A stretch of DNA of 64,000 nucleotides from Setoptus koraiensis. Its lineage: Eukaryota; Animalia; Arthropoda. The position numbers and the translations under genes were made by a program. This document shows positions 39,701 through 53,691 of this stretch, in pieces. The notes beneath the pieces were generated by a model. It had not been told where the DNA came from and ran no database searches. It saw only the letters and a program-made list of their open reading frames with translations. Each line of letters opens with the position of its first letter. The first letter of the stretch is position 1. The stretch is from the NCBI GenBank assembly GCA_048013815.1, contig CM106586.1:12958001-13022000 (forward strand), given 5' to 3'.

Positions 39701-42700
39701 CTCGTATCGCTGCTTGTATCGCCGTTTTTTGAGAGTGCGCCCGAAAATGGGAGCCGAAATATTTGTGCGAACAACTGCGAGACAATCGCCGCTGCGCGCC
39801 GTCCTTGCATTATCATTTTGCACCATTATCTGCATTATTTTTGCATTATTTCTGCATTATTTCTGCATTGTTGTTCTCGGCGTTGCCGTTGTTGGCGCCG
39901 TGGCCGTTGTTGGCGTTGTTGGTGCCCTGGCCAGCAACGGCGACGGCGATTCCGGGAATCAATTCAAAGTCAATGGCCAGTGGCCGCCGCTGACTCACCG
40001 GCAACCCTTTGGAGCCGCGTTGCGTCCGGGCTACCTGTTGTTCGGCCGGCTCTCTGTCTCGGCTGTCGGCCGGCTGTGCGCGATACGCGATGCACGCCAG
40101 ATAATGACCGCTACATGAGTCGATCAGTACAAGTGGCCGAGGACAGCAACAACAATGAGAGCAAACAACCGTGCGTTTGCGGGCCGCTTCGACGGCGGCT
40201 GCCGGCCCGCCAGCCCGTCAGCCGCGGCCAGAGACCGCGGCCAGAAAGCGCCGGACAGAAAGCGCCGGCCAGAAACGGTCGGCCGAAACTGCAAACAATG
40301 GACACAATGGCTTCGCGTGCTCGGCATGTCGCTCGCGACACTAACGACAACAAAACAGCGGCGCCCCCGAATGGCTCGCTGAGCCCTGAAAAGCCAAAGG
40401 AGTCAAACGGCGCGCGGGTTTGCCTGTCAGCGGCGTCAAGTGGTCGCCAGCGGAGAGTTTGGCCGCGCACCGCGGTTGTGAGACCCGTATGGCGCAAGTG
40501 GCTCGCGTGGGCACGCGCCGGCCGGGCCCAGTCGAACCCGGCGACGATCGGGCAACACCCGACGAGCAACCCGGCGAAACCCGACGAGCAGTTTGAGGCA
40601 ATCGCCAATCGTTGCAACGAGAGCCCACTGGCGAGAGACCTATAAATAACTGTGCATAAATAGCGGCAACGCAAACTTTTCATTAGCGGTGGCGTCCATT
40701 ATCATAATGGCATTATGCGTTGCTGGCCGGCTCGGCCGACGCTCGGCCAACATGGAGCGGCCCGAGTGGCCGGCATCGGCCATCGGCGATTGAGCGGCTG
40801 ACTCAGCAGCGACAGAGAACGGCGAAATTCTTGGTCAGCTTGCGCGGCTTCGATTCGCGAATTCCGCGAATTTGCGATTCGCCACCGACTGCAACGAGCG
40901 ACTGCAGCAACCGAAGGCAACAACCGAAGGCAACCGAAGGCAACAACCGAAGGCAACCGAAGGCAACAACCACTGCAACCACCGACCGAGCCGGCACAGG
41001 TAAGTGCGTGGCTCGGATTGCCAGTTGCAACTGCAAGACTCGCACACACGGAACGATGGCAATGAAACGGGCCAACGCTAAGCCGAACAGGAGACGGCAC
41101 CGTGAGCCGGAGCGGCCATCGGGCAGCGGCATCACTAACGGGCAAGTGGGCTATAAACAGCAACAGCAACAACCACGACTTAATGATTATTTAATCGCTG
41201 CCTGCCGCTCGCAATAGGCGTGTCTGGCAGCCTGGCCAGTTCCCACAATCTCGGCATGTCAGACAGCTGACAGAGCCGGCCTCAGCGGCTGCTCGGGCGA
41301 TCAGCTGGCCGCTCGGGCGATTGTGTGGGCATTTTGTTACACTTACCTGTGCGCGTTACTGCCATTTTGCGTCTGCTCATGGCAGCTTATTTATCTGTCC
41401 ATCTGTCGATGGCAGTCTCATACTTTGAAAGTATTACCTTGGCACCGACTGACATTGTGTGTTTGTGTGTATGTGTCCGCTTGTTCGGCGGGCCCGCTGG
41501 CCTCGCATGCGCATTCCTGGCCAGGTGAGCCGCGCCAGCGACAAGTGCGCATCTTGTGCAACCTGTCGCTGCGCCGGACAGCGCGAGATCGCTGTCAGCT
41601 GACACTGTTGTGAGTCGTGCTCGTCTCACGACGGCTCACAACAGCACCGTTTGTCAGTGAGTGGCTAAGTGAGTTTACCGCTAGCTTTCGCTCAATGGCT
41701 CGCTGGTTGGAGGCCGAGCGGCCGCTATTGCCCTCGAACAGTCGGCTCGACGCGGCTCTCGGACCGTCCGATTCGGACACACGCTCGCGTTGCGCATCGC
41801 CCTGCATCATGGTGCACCGCTCTGCACCACCGGCTAATCTGGTGCCAGCAGCCAGCAGCAAGCGGCCAGCGGCCAGTGGCCGGCGGTGCCAGTGACGTGC
41901 TATCACTGACAGCCACCGTCAGTGATGGCCTGTCGGACAGCGCGCCGGCCACTGGCGGCCGCTAGCTCCGATGGTGACCAGCGGTGCCAGTCACCTGTGC
42001 ACGGCCGCTGTCCGGAGCCGGGCAAGGTCAATGGCCAGCGATTCATAGAGATTGGTGGCGCCGGCAGCGCAATTGGCCAGCCGATTGGCGCACAGGCGAG
42101 CTCGCGCGCTGCACAACGCACGCATTGTGCGCCGGCCGCTACATGTAGCGCACAGCCACACAAATTGTTACTACATAAAATTTTATATAAACAACATATT
42201 ATACACAAATTGCAGTGTATGTAATGCAGTGCAACACTGCAGTATTACACAACTGTAGCGTAGCGAGCGATGCGGCGGCGCACGAGCTGCGCGTCACGAT
42301 CACTGCGAGCGGCGCCACCGGTCGCCAGCTAATGGTTTGCGGGCGGACAGGTGAGCGCAGGCGAGCACAGGTGAGCACAGGTGAGTGCGTATTATGCGAT
42401 ATGCATAATAGAATTGCCAAAGTGCAATGGGCCTGCGTGGCGACGGTGCGTGGTGATGCAAGCGAGCGAGCGAGCATGATGAATCGATTTGAATAGCCTG
42501 TTGAGGATCTGCTGTGCTCAGACTTGTGCTGTGCACGCCAACACGCACAGTCTGCGTGCGGCTGACGCAACCGGGCAGCGGGCACTTGTTGATTCAGTTG
42601 GCCGGTTGGCCGGTTGGCCGGTTCGCCGGTTCGCCCGTCCGTCAGTTCGCCGGTTGGCCGGTTCAGCGCCGAACGGACGGCCCGTTCGCAGGCGGCCAGA

Positions 42701-42847
42701 ATCGCCAGAAAGCGACCGGCTCGACATGCTCGCAGCAGCAGCAGCCCACTGACGGTCGTGCCACCACGTTGCACGAGAGACCGGCGCTCAGCAACGTGAC
42801 GCAACGCTGCCCGACGTAACATCTCGCGCCGGCACCAGCGGCGCGCC

Positions 42848-42929
42848 GGCAACTGGACAGGCAACCGGACAGGCAACTGGACCGGCAACTGGACCGGCAA
42901 CTGGACCGGCAACTGGACCGGCAACTGGA
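42848..42929. repeat. 12-bp minisatellite (ggcaactggacc/a), ~7 copies
   Basis: Direct reading of the sequence. Confidence 0.88.
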
Positions 42930-43710
42930 GTGCGCGGCCACGGCGAGAGCGAGAGTGAAATGAATAAATGGATAGATGCAGCGACCAATAAATGGAAAGA
43001 TGCACAGATAATGGCCGCTATTAATCATCGTTGGCTGTGCATTTATATTTTATATACTTATACTGGCAACTTGTGAGTCGAGCCATATCTCTAATCTCAT
43101 CTCTGATGGCCAGCAATGCCGGCGCGATAATCCATGAATGTGCTGCTCGCCATGGTGAAACTGCGCGCAATATCGAGCCACAGTGCGCCAATGTCGCGTC
43201 CACGTTACGTTTGAGTTGATGGCAACTCGAGATTAGGTTACATCATCTCGTTCTTTCACTAACAACAACTATCAAACTGGCAACCCAATAATGGTTACAA
43301 TTAATGGTTACGTGTTAGTGATGGGGACTTAGGACTTGGGACTTGAGTCTTGGACTGGAATTGGCGCTTTTCAAGTCCCCAGCTCCAGTCCAAGTCGTGC
43401 GCGCATTGGACTGGGTCTAATGGACTGAGCTGTTGCGCATTGGACTCAGTCCATTGGACTCAGTTCAACAATGATGGACCCAGTCCACTAGACTCAGTCC
43501 TCAGCTGTTGGACTGAGTCCAATGGACTGAGTCCATTGCGCGACAGCCCAGTCCATTAGACCCAGTCCAATGCGCGCACGACTTGGACTGGAGCTGGGGA
43601 CTGGGTTCCAGTCCATTTTCCAAGTCGACTGCACAGAAAAATGCACTGTCAAGGCTAGATTTGCTGTTCTGTGCGGCACAGCAAATCTAGCCAATCTGTG
43701 CCAAGTGCAG

Positions 43711-43908
43711 CTGCGAGGACGGACTGGGACTGGTGCAGTCCGACTGCCAGTCCAGTCCGGACTTGGCGCAGTCCAACTGCGAGGACGGACTGGGACTGGC
43801 GCAGTCCGACTGCCAGTCCAGTCCGGACTTGGCGCAGTCCAACTGCGAGGACGGACTGGGACTGGCGCAGTCCGACTGCCAGTCCAGTCCGAACTGCGCC
43901 AAGTCCGG
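43711..43908. repeat. 66-bp palindromic tandem repeat, ~3 copies, inside a GGACT/AGTCC-rich tract (~43320-43975)
   Basis: Units start at 43711, 43777 and 43843; each carries the near-palindrome ggactgggactggcgcagtccgactgccagtccagtcc. Confidence 0.9.
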
Positions 43909-46900
43909 ACTCAGTCTTCGGACTGGGACTTGCACCCTCATGGTGCAAGTCCCAGTCCCAGTCAAGTCCCCATCACTATTACGTGTTTCTGCCGGCTCGT
44001 TCGTGCATGCGCACATGGCCGCGCTGCGTGTCCGCCGGCGCCGACCATAGACACTGTCCGACAGTGACTGTCGAGTCGACCACTGAGCCTCGGTGCGGCG
44101 CGCTGGCCGGCTCACTGGTCGGCTCAATGGTCGGCGCCGGCCAAACCATTGACTCAACGGCGGCGAGCAACAACAACATGGGCCGCTGCAGTTTGCGTCG
44201 GGGGTTCCTGTTGTCTAATGGCCACTGACGCACACAACAACATGCAGACCAATAAATCACGGCGCGCCATTTGGCATGTCGGTGCGCGGCGCGGCGCAAC
44301 ACACACAGCGCGGCCACAACGGCATGGGATAAACGGCTGGCGCTCGTTACGTAACCGGCATTGCACTTGTTAGGCATGTTTTGTGAGCGCTCAACAACAA
44401 GCAGCCCGCACTATACGCTAACCGTACTATTACGTAATATATCGACTGCGGCAACAGCGCCGACCAGTGATTACGGCAACACCTGACACGTCGCTAATGG
44501 CCGCCGCATGAGCACCGGCCAATGGCCGGCTCAGCTTTGGCCGCGGCTCACGCCGTGTCGCTGTTTGCCGGTGCCGTGTCGCTGTTGGCCGTCGCTTCGA
44601 GCGGCGCCTCGAATGCGGCGAGCGCAAAGTGTTGGCCGGCCGGCCAATAATTGGCCGGATCTGGCGCCCGCGATGCGCCAGACGCGAAATGCATCATCGG
44701 CGCTCGGTGCTGCGCCAACTTGCTGTTGCGTCACCGTTGGCGCTGCGTCAGTTTGCCTGGCAAACTTTGCCAGCAACCGACAAATTGCCAGCAACTGACA
44801 AATCGCTAGCAACACAACCGGTGACCAACAGGTTGCACCGTCTGAGGTTGCACCGTCTGACGCTGCGAGGCTGACACTGCGAGGCTGACACTGCGAGGCT
44901 GACAAGCCTCTAACAAGCCTCTAACAGGGCTTGTTAGAGTCGCCGGCCGGCGAGCAAGGTAAGCCGAGCCTGGCCAGCAGTGTGTGTGTGCCGAGTGTGC
45001 GGCACCCCAGCGAGCGCAATTAGCGTGCAGCGAGCACTCGATTTGCATACTGGGCGACGGGCGACGAGTGGCGGCCCAGGGCGGACTTGCCAGCACTAAT
45101 TAAAACGCACGAACGCGTCGCATAGCGCGAATTTACCTGCGCTGCCGCGGTGCCGCAGTCTGCAAGGCCAACAATGGCAGCAACCCTTTTTGCTTGTCAA
45201 TCACATTGCAGCATGCGAAGCCGTGGTGGCTGCTCCTCGCTGGCGCACGCGGAGCCACTAATTAGTGTCGCGAATTGGCGCACTCCGGCCACTCGCTGCA
45301 CCATTTGACTCAAATGATTTGAGTGCCAGCATCAATCACTGGCCAGCGTCAGAGTGACAGAGAGCTTCGTTCCCACGGCGCTGCGTATATTGAGCCTCAA
45401 TTAGACATACCAGTTAGCGGCGACCACCGTGCCGGCCGGCCGGCCGGCCCGACTGGTCACCGGCGACGTCTGCTGTCCACTCTGGACGTTCTTGTGGGTC
45501 GCTTGCGCTGCCACTTGCGCCGGCCCGCATTTAATTAAATGCCTCAATGGACGGGCCAGATAACATCAGAGATCAGCTGGGCTGTCGTGCTGGCCACTTG
45601 AGCCCGAAACGAACCTGGCGCAACCCGGCGCAACCTGCACCGACGCGCACCAGCGCGGCCCAATCTGGAGCAGTGGCAAACCTGTCGCTTGTGGCCGCCG
45701 ATGGAGCGTTGCGAGCGCTCGCAATTTGCGAGCGCCGAAGGAGACAAAGGAGAGCTCGTTTTGTTGTTCGTGCGCCGTCGTGCCGCACCGCGCTGGCTCC
45801 CTCTGGCTTCTTCTCGCTTCTTCTGGCTTCTTTTGGCTTCTTCTCGCTACTCGCTGCTGGCCGCTGCGCCGAGTGGCGCTCACAATTGGATGGACGCGGC
45901 CGCAAACTCACCTGAGCGCACCTGAGCGCAACAGGACGAGTCAGAAAAATGGTGGCTGCTCCGGCGATGTGCCAAAATTAATAGTGGCCAGCACAAGCGA
46001 CCAAACGAGAGTAGAGACCAAAGAATGGCGATGCTATCGCGACGAGATGCCATCGTGCGCCGTCGCCAAACAACATGCTTCGCCGGGCAGCCGCTGCTGC
46101 TGCCGCCGCCGCTGACCGAGCCGCCGCTGCTGCCGCCGCCGCTGACCGAGCCGCCGGCGCAGCCGCCGATGGCCAAGGTGCCCCGAGTGTGTCGGCAGCT
46201 CGCAACAAGGCGCACCAACCCCAGACTCGGCCGATATTAAAACTGACCGCTGTTGTTGTGCTGGCGTCATTGTTGTCCATTTTCCACCTTGCTACAATGT
46301 CCTCCGAGTGACTTGTGTCTGCAAACAAACACAAGATTACAATTTGTTAGATACAAACACGCCAAGTTCACACAACAACAGCGTCGTGTTGCGTCCGCGC
46401 CGCAGCTCGTTTATAACAAGTTGCCAGCCGATTGTGCGGCGGCCAGTTGGCGGCCAGTTCACTGGCCAGTTCCGACCACTTGATGACTCAACTTGGGAGC
46501 TTGGCCGGGGCTCGCTCACAGGGTTGTCAGCGGGACGGAGCAGATTCCATCATAAAACATGCTGACATGGGCGAACCTTTGCCGACAGCCGTCGTCGATC
46601 CATCACACGCAGTGCGTCAAGCCGAGCACTTTGCAGCGATGTTGTGTATCGCGGATTGGATCCGATTGGATTGGATCCAATCGAATCCAATCTGCAACGC
46701 ACAATATCCAATATACGACACACAATATCCAATACACAGTATCCAATATCCAGCGCGATTTGTGTGCCGGCGGCGCGGTGAGCTCGTTGCTGGCCAAGCG
46801 TGATGATCGCTCTCACATGTCTCATTATTTTTGTTATCCGTGCCGTCGACGGCAACAACAACAACAACAACGACAGCAATAATAATTATTATTATTGTTT

Positions 46901-48927
46901 GCTCTCCTCACTCGCTTGTTTACCTCGGTCGTGCTGTTGTTTACCTGGCCGTGGTGGCTCTTTGCCCATTAAACGTCCACCAACTCGCCAATCTGTTGTT
47001 GGTCAGTGACATTGACATCGATCGACCAGCGATTGGCATATCGGCATTTTGGCAGTTTCACCACAAGTGTGTGTGTGTGTGTGTGTGCGAGATACAATCG
47101 GCGCCTGATACAATCGTCGATGCAAGCAACCACACGAAGCAACCATGTGGCTAGAGTTCTTTACCAGAGAATTCTTTCAGTATATTGCTCATATACACAA
47201 TCTCTGCATATACAATCTCATGTGCCAATATTTGCTGCGGTGGCGCGAACCAATGGTGCGCTCTCGTTATCGAAGCTTGATACTTTTCCATGCGAGCCAG
47301 CCACTGACCGGGCACGTAGAGCCGTCGGGAGGATAAGTCGCTGAGAAAATAAACTTTAATGAGCTCCGTTGTTGCAGCCCTGCGTTGGCCGCTTTATCTG
47401 GCTGGCCGCATCGACCGCGAAATCAACACGCAGCAACACAACATTCGAGAAACACTGTCACTAAACCATAAAACGTGTAACGACACCTCTTACGGGTCCC
47501 TTCAACTCTGGCCGCCCGCATCCATTTGTTTGCCCGCGTTGTCAACTTTGAATTCGGCTCGAACTCGCATCGAATTCTTTCGTCGTTCGCAGTTGAATTT
47601 GTCGTTCGCAGTGAATTTCGCATTTGACAATTTACTGACAATCCTCGAGCCTCTGGTCTCTGGCCACTAACTAGTGGTGCCAGCGAGCCGCCCTCAAGTC
47701 GCCAAGTGCCTTAGCGAGTCTCGGTGGCTGGGGCCCGAGTCCATCAGTCAGTTGGTGCCCAATGAGTGCAGTGAGGGCGACCTTCTCAGCATACAAAACG
47801 AGTAAATTTGTGCACTTGTTGCCTGGTGGCTCCTTTGAATTCGCAGCTTGGCTGCACCGCGTCGCACCGCGCACCAGCGCACCAAAGTTGGCACAGAGTG
47901 GCACAGCGGCGGCCTTCTGTGCCTGGCCAGTGTGGGTGGGGCCAGAGTGGCCAGTGTAAAAGTGCGCTAGTGCATGCATAGACTATGCAGCATAGTGTAC
48001 AGTGTGCAGCAACACTTTTATAGGCAGTGGCAATACTGGCAATCGGAATTTGTGGTCCCCTCGCGACTTGTTTTTGCCCCACTCTCGCCATCATCTTTTG
48101 TGCTCCGCAGTGCAGAGTGTGTGCGGTGCAGAGTGTGTGCCGTAGGGAGCGCATTGGCTTCGGCGGCAACAGTGCAACTTTCCACTTGTTGCTGCGCCCC
48201 TGCATCTTCCCCCGCTGCCCGTGCGATGGCTGGCGGGTGCATGAGCAAGCTGTATCGCGAAACTTTAGTTCGATTCTGTGTGCATATACGCATTTGCAAA
48301 GGTGCACATCGAAGGTGCACACTGCATATCAAAACACACGCACACACACACACACAGGTTCGGTGAGGCGAGGATGCGCCAGAGCTAAAAGATTCGATCG
48401 CATCGCATTGGCTGGCTTGGCTCAATAGCGTCGATAGAATAATAATGGTGATGGCGCTCATTCGCTAGTTCACAAGCACACGTACTCGCCACTCGCATTC
48501 TATGCGCACCGTCGCACATATTTGTGCACATTCGATCGTCTGCAGCACCCAGCGTCCAATTGATAATTGTTGATATCACAATATTTATCATTCGGCACCA
48601 TTTAGCATCGGCACCATTTAGTATCGGCACCACTTAATATCGTCACCATTTAATATCGTCACCATTTAATATCGTCATCACAATATCGTATTATCGTCCA
48701 GACGAGTGCACCAATAATTTAATAATAACAACAATTAATTAGAACACAGCAATTAATTAGAATTGGAATTAGAATTGAAATTCGAAATAAAACACGTGAA
48801 AGCAACAATATTAGCACGACAAACAATGAACAATCCAGCGCTGCATTGATCCAGCCAAAGACAGGACTCAAATTCGAACGTCAGCAAAACCCAGCGAACC
48901 AACAGCATCCACAAGCAACCCGCAGCC

Positions 48928-51900
48928 ATGATCACATTTGCCCGTCCGACACTCGTGTTGCTCGTGCTGGTGGCAGCCCAGCATCTAGTGATTGAAGATG
49001 CCATAACACAAAACCCATCGACAACAACAAACATCCTACTGGCGACAACAACACAAACAACGCCGGCGCCCCCGCTGGAAAGTGTGGCCAATGTTAACAA
49101 ACAAGCAACAAATAACAGCAACAGTAGGGTGCAATATCTTACACCCATCACGCAGCCAGTTCAGTATAGAGACGAGCGAACACCAAAGAGCAACTTGCCA
49201 ACCACAACAACAGCAACATCGCTACCGACAGCAACCGGCCAGCCCGTCGTTGCGTCACTCAATCAACAACAAACAACCAATGTCAATTTAATCACAACAA
49301 CTGCCGCCGCCGCCACCACCAATCAATCGCCTACTAGCACTGCTGGCTTTCCAACAATTAACACTTCCCAGCAGCCGCCCTCGACCACACTGGCCCCAGC
49401 AGCAACCTCAACGACCTCCGCGGCGCCCACAACAACAACAGCGCCAACTAAAGCCACAGCCACTAGTCAGCAACTTGTTTGTCTGTTTAGAGAACGCTCC
49501 TATGGAATAGGCGAAAAATGGTTCGATGATTGTGTCTCAAAATGCCAGTGTGTTCTGTCGGACGACAATAGAGCCATTAGTGCGTGCGAAGATAGATGTC
49601 CGAAATACATTGATATCACCTCCGACAATTGTGAATTCCAGCGCTCTCAAGAGGACGTGTGTTGTCTCGTAAAAGTGTGCAACGTCACATCTATGCAACA
49701 GCAATCAAACATAAAATCAAGTCTAGAATCCAGCAACGACAGCAACAACAACTCGCCCACAACTGTTGGCTTTGTCGATGCAAACACCAGGCTGCCACTG
49801 CAACAAACTGCCGACGATTACTCGCAAACACCCATCACAATCACGGATATCAAGCTCAGACCTCCTAAAACTACTGAAGGTCCCGCAGTTACAACTACCG
49901 CAACATCTACTACTTATCCGTCTCATCAGAGTAGCAGATCTGGAAAATTTGTTGTTGAAAACAACAACTACAACAACAATGATCTCCGATTTCCCACTAA
50001 TCCCATCACAACCATCACCAATAGACAATATCAGACGACCACCGGCAAGCAACAAATGTTTACTCAAACACTACGACCTGTAACCTCGCCACCAACTACT
50101 GCAACACCAAAAGTAGACAACACTTTGCCCACAACAGATAAAGCTACAACATTTAGCGCTGCAAGCACCACAACAACTACCAACAACAACAACAATGTTG
50201 TGCCAACAAATGACCAACCGCAAGACTCAGTGTCACCTAGTGATAATAATGTAGCTGATAGCAACTTGGTGGACGGCACTAAAGAAGATTTGTGTGTTCT
50301 GTTGGATGGTACAGTATTTAGAATTAATTCAATAGTTGAAATGCCAGATTGTAACAAGAAATGCCGCTGTCAATACTCACCATCAACCGACTCAGACACG
50401 TTCAGTAATTGTACATCGGCACAACCAACTGCGAATTTTTACTCACCAGATGGTGCAACTCCAAGACCTACGGAGATTGCTTGTGATACTCAATGCGATC
50501 CACCGCCCAAATTTTGTAATAACCCCAGATGTAACGCGCCTAATATTTGTGAATGTCCCTATATAACTTGCGACACTTTGCCATTGCACGAATACCCAGC
50601 AGGGATACCACTTTCTGATTATCCGGTTTCGCGTAAAAACAAAACCACACTAGCGCCAGCTCCAATAGTAACCAGCAACAAATGTTTATTTAGGGGGCAC
50701 GAATTAGCCATAAATGAGACATTTAATGATGAATGCCACTCTAGATGCACATGCACCGAAAAATTGAAGGTAGAATGTGGAGCACTTACATGTCCGTCCA
50801 GGGTGCCCCCTCCATCGGCAGACTGCACCAATTGGGCCTATGATTTGGATTTCAGACCCAATGCACCGGACTGTTGTCCACCTTTGATTTGCAAAGATGG
50901 TAAGTACACTTGCATCATGCCAACATGGTATGCGGTTTAGAATGTATTTATATCGTATACTAAAAAAAACACTGTCCTCTGTTTGTATTCATTTATTTAT
51001 CCACCAACAGCTGATGATGGGTCCTGCAACTTGTTGGGACTAGTATTCAAGAATGGACAACCAGTGCCTGAGGAGATAAACACATGCGGACGCTGCCTCT
51101 GTCTACAGGGTAAAATTGAGTGCGAACCAAACTGTCCAACCCTAATGGAACATCCGCCACATGATTTAGAGTGTCCGAATGGCGCCGTACCGTTGCAAGA
51201 GCCGACAGGAGACTGCTTGTGCCCGAAATGGGTTTGTCCAGAAGACGAAAATTTATCTTTGAAAGATGTCACTGTTGTTGCATTGAATAGCACCGCTGTT
51301 CGAGTTAGATTTACATTACCTGAGGAGGCCATCAATCGGCACGGCCACGCAGTATTAAACTATTCTATGGACCTAGACGGTGGCTGGGCAATGCAAAAGT
51401 TTCACAGGCCTGGACAATTGTTTGATTCCTACAAAATTGAATATCTGTTGAACAAGTTTATTCCAGGTAGCACGTACTTCTTTAAGATTCGCGTCGTATT
51501 CGATAAGTCCAATGATGCTGTGTTACGCGGACCATTAGAAAGTTCCATTATCAAACTCACCATGCCAGCAGCAAGTGTCTTGCCGAACCCCTTTGAACAG
51601 CCAAAACCCTCACCCTCAAGAATACCGCACAGAATTACAACACCTAGACAAATTGAAACAACGACTACCTCCACAACAACTACAACCACCACAACATCAA
51701 CAACTACTACACCGAGCCCACCTAAAGAAGTGTCGTTTTATTTCAATCTGACAGCCAGAGCCATTGGGCCGGAGGTAGTGCTAGTTCAATGGCGCCGATT
51801 GACAGCTGAAGAGAGGCAGTACGTTGATAGTTTTCAGATTAAATACTGGAGTGGTGCATCGAGTGAAGATGACGCATCCAATGGTAAATTGTCACAACTG

Positions 51901-52713
51901 TTGCACAAAGAAACAGATCAAACGTTGATTTATGATCTTCAACCGAATATGAGCTATTCACTTGATTTGATTGTCAATCAACCGTCTGGAGTACCTGTCA
52001 TATTGAGAAGCCATGATGCATCGACTGTTGTTACCACGCAACAAAAACAAGAACTAGAATTGCTTGAGATGAAGCGTCGTGAATTGGAAGCTGAGCTAGC
52101 GAAAGAAAGAACTCTCAGGAAACAACATGCTGAATCACTATTATCGACACAAGCACCTATAACGCACCCTCTAACAGTGCTCACTCCAAACCAGCCGATG
52201 CTCTTACCTTTTGAATCTACATTTTCGTCCAATTTTGCAGCCAATAGGATGTACGCCTGGTATACCTTGTTGTTCTTGACAGGACTCATGACTCTGTCCT
52301 TCACAATTGTTTTATATTTATTATTTAAAAAATCATCTAGCGCAATAGCACCTATAAGCTCACAATCAGCTTATGATAATCCATCGTTCACTAAATTGGT
52401 CAGTTATTATGAGCCCACGGCCTATGTTGTCGATCCTAATAATAACAATCTTGATTCATCAATGAAGCCTCCACCACCCCCAATGGCCCAGATCGATAGT
52501 AACAACAATTTGGCTAATGGCAACAATTTGGCAAATGGAAACAATTTAGCAAATGGCAACAATAATATCAAAATGAACAACAATAACAACAACATGAAAA
52601 ATCTCAATAATAACAATATGAACAACAACAACAACAACAACATGAAAAATTTTAATAATAACAATAGCAAGCCATACACTGCCGGATGGGATAACAGTGG
52701 GAGGTTAATATAG
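48928..52713 (+). CDS. sas: Stranded at second (Sas)-like epidermal cell-surface receptor, 1224 aa: signal peptide, T-rich mucin segments, 4 VWC-like domains, 2 FN3, TM, cytoplasmic YDNPSF; exons 48928-50899 and 51011-52713
   Basis: Donor G|GTAAG at 50900 and acceptor CAACAG| at 51010 fuse the two ORF-track ORFs in phase 1 (ICKD-A-DDGSC). The VWC + FN3 + TM + YDNPS arrangement is characteristic of arthropod Sas. Confidence 0.82.
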
Positions 52714-53576
52714 TTGAACACATCACTGAATAACTGCGAAACCAACTCAAAATTAATCTATTACGTGCGACATATCAGTGAGGTTGGTTTATCTTCATTT
52801 GGAGGCAAGAATCCAATTCTTCATTTCAACATACAGAAGATAATTACCACTTATATTATAAAAAATGTATACTAAAACTATACTCATCCTTTTCAAGCCT
52901 GTGCCTAAAGGCAGCTGCCATCAGTTTTGCGAATATCAATATACACACACATACACAAAGCAAACAAACAAATCAAACGATATATCTGATTACAATTAGG
53001 TAATCTATGTAAATGTGATCTCCTGAATTGTATGTTTGTATCTAATCCTAATGTATAATGTCGAGCACCGATGACCAACTGCTAATGTCAACTAGTATAT
53101 ACTATGTATTTGAATAAAACAAGTAATTATTATACCATACAACGGGTTGTGATGTCGAACTGTATTCAAACTTGGCTTACGATCGTCAACTTGCTGTCGG
53201 GAGATGATTCTTGAAATTTTGTTTAAAAAAAATATGTAATAATGAGTCATGTAATAATGCGTCACTGTAGATTGGCGCAAGCGAGACTGGTTACCATTGC
53301 AATGAAAACAGAAACAAACAAACAAACTTTGACGACAAATGCTGTCAGAACTCGTAGATAAATTTTAGTTGCTGTTGCAAGGCCTCAAGGTTGTTATCCA
53401 GCTTTGAAGATAGACGAGATGACTGACTACCCGGCCTCCTTGAGTTCATTGCTATTAAGTAGAGCGAACAAATAAACAGGCTTGATCTATTGATGACATT
53501 TTCTGTCTGTTGACAGAATATGAGGCTAGAATATCGAGCCAGTAAACAGTATCATGAGTCGTTAGAGACGTCTCGG

Positions 53577-53584
53577 TATAAAAG
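53577..53584 (+). promoter_or_regulatory. TATA box of secreted micropeptide copy 1
   Basis: TATAAAAG 115 nt before the ATG, followed by a pyrimidine-rich ccatcCAGTT initiator-like segment ~30-35 nt downstream; retained in all three copies. Confidence 0.6.
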
Positions 53585-53691
53585 GGACAGCATATTGTGT
53601 TCTCTCCATCCAGTTCAATAAAATAAAAAACCAACTATTAATCAACTAATTACAATTAAGCTTAACAAGCAACAAAAATTAATCAGCGAAA

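Noticed and set aside
43711-43908. CRISPR-like array
   Set aside because: Palindromic repeats are contiguous with no unique spacers, no cas genes are present, and the context is eukaryotic.
26500-48700. Well over a hundred short ORFs rich in poly-L/C/Q/A/V in the ORF track
   Set aside because: They are translations of CAA/GTT/GCC microsatellites and GC-rich sequence, overlap each other in several frames, and show no domain motifs.
50900-50940. Secreted Sas isoform by intron retention (in-frame stop 13 codons into the intron)
   Set aside because: An early stop in a retained intron is expected by chance, and there is no canonical AATAAA in the 111-nt intron.
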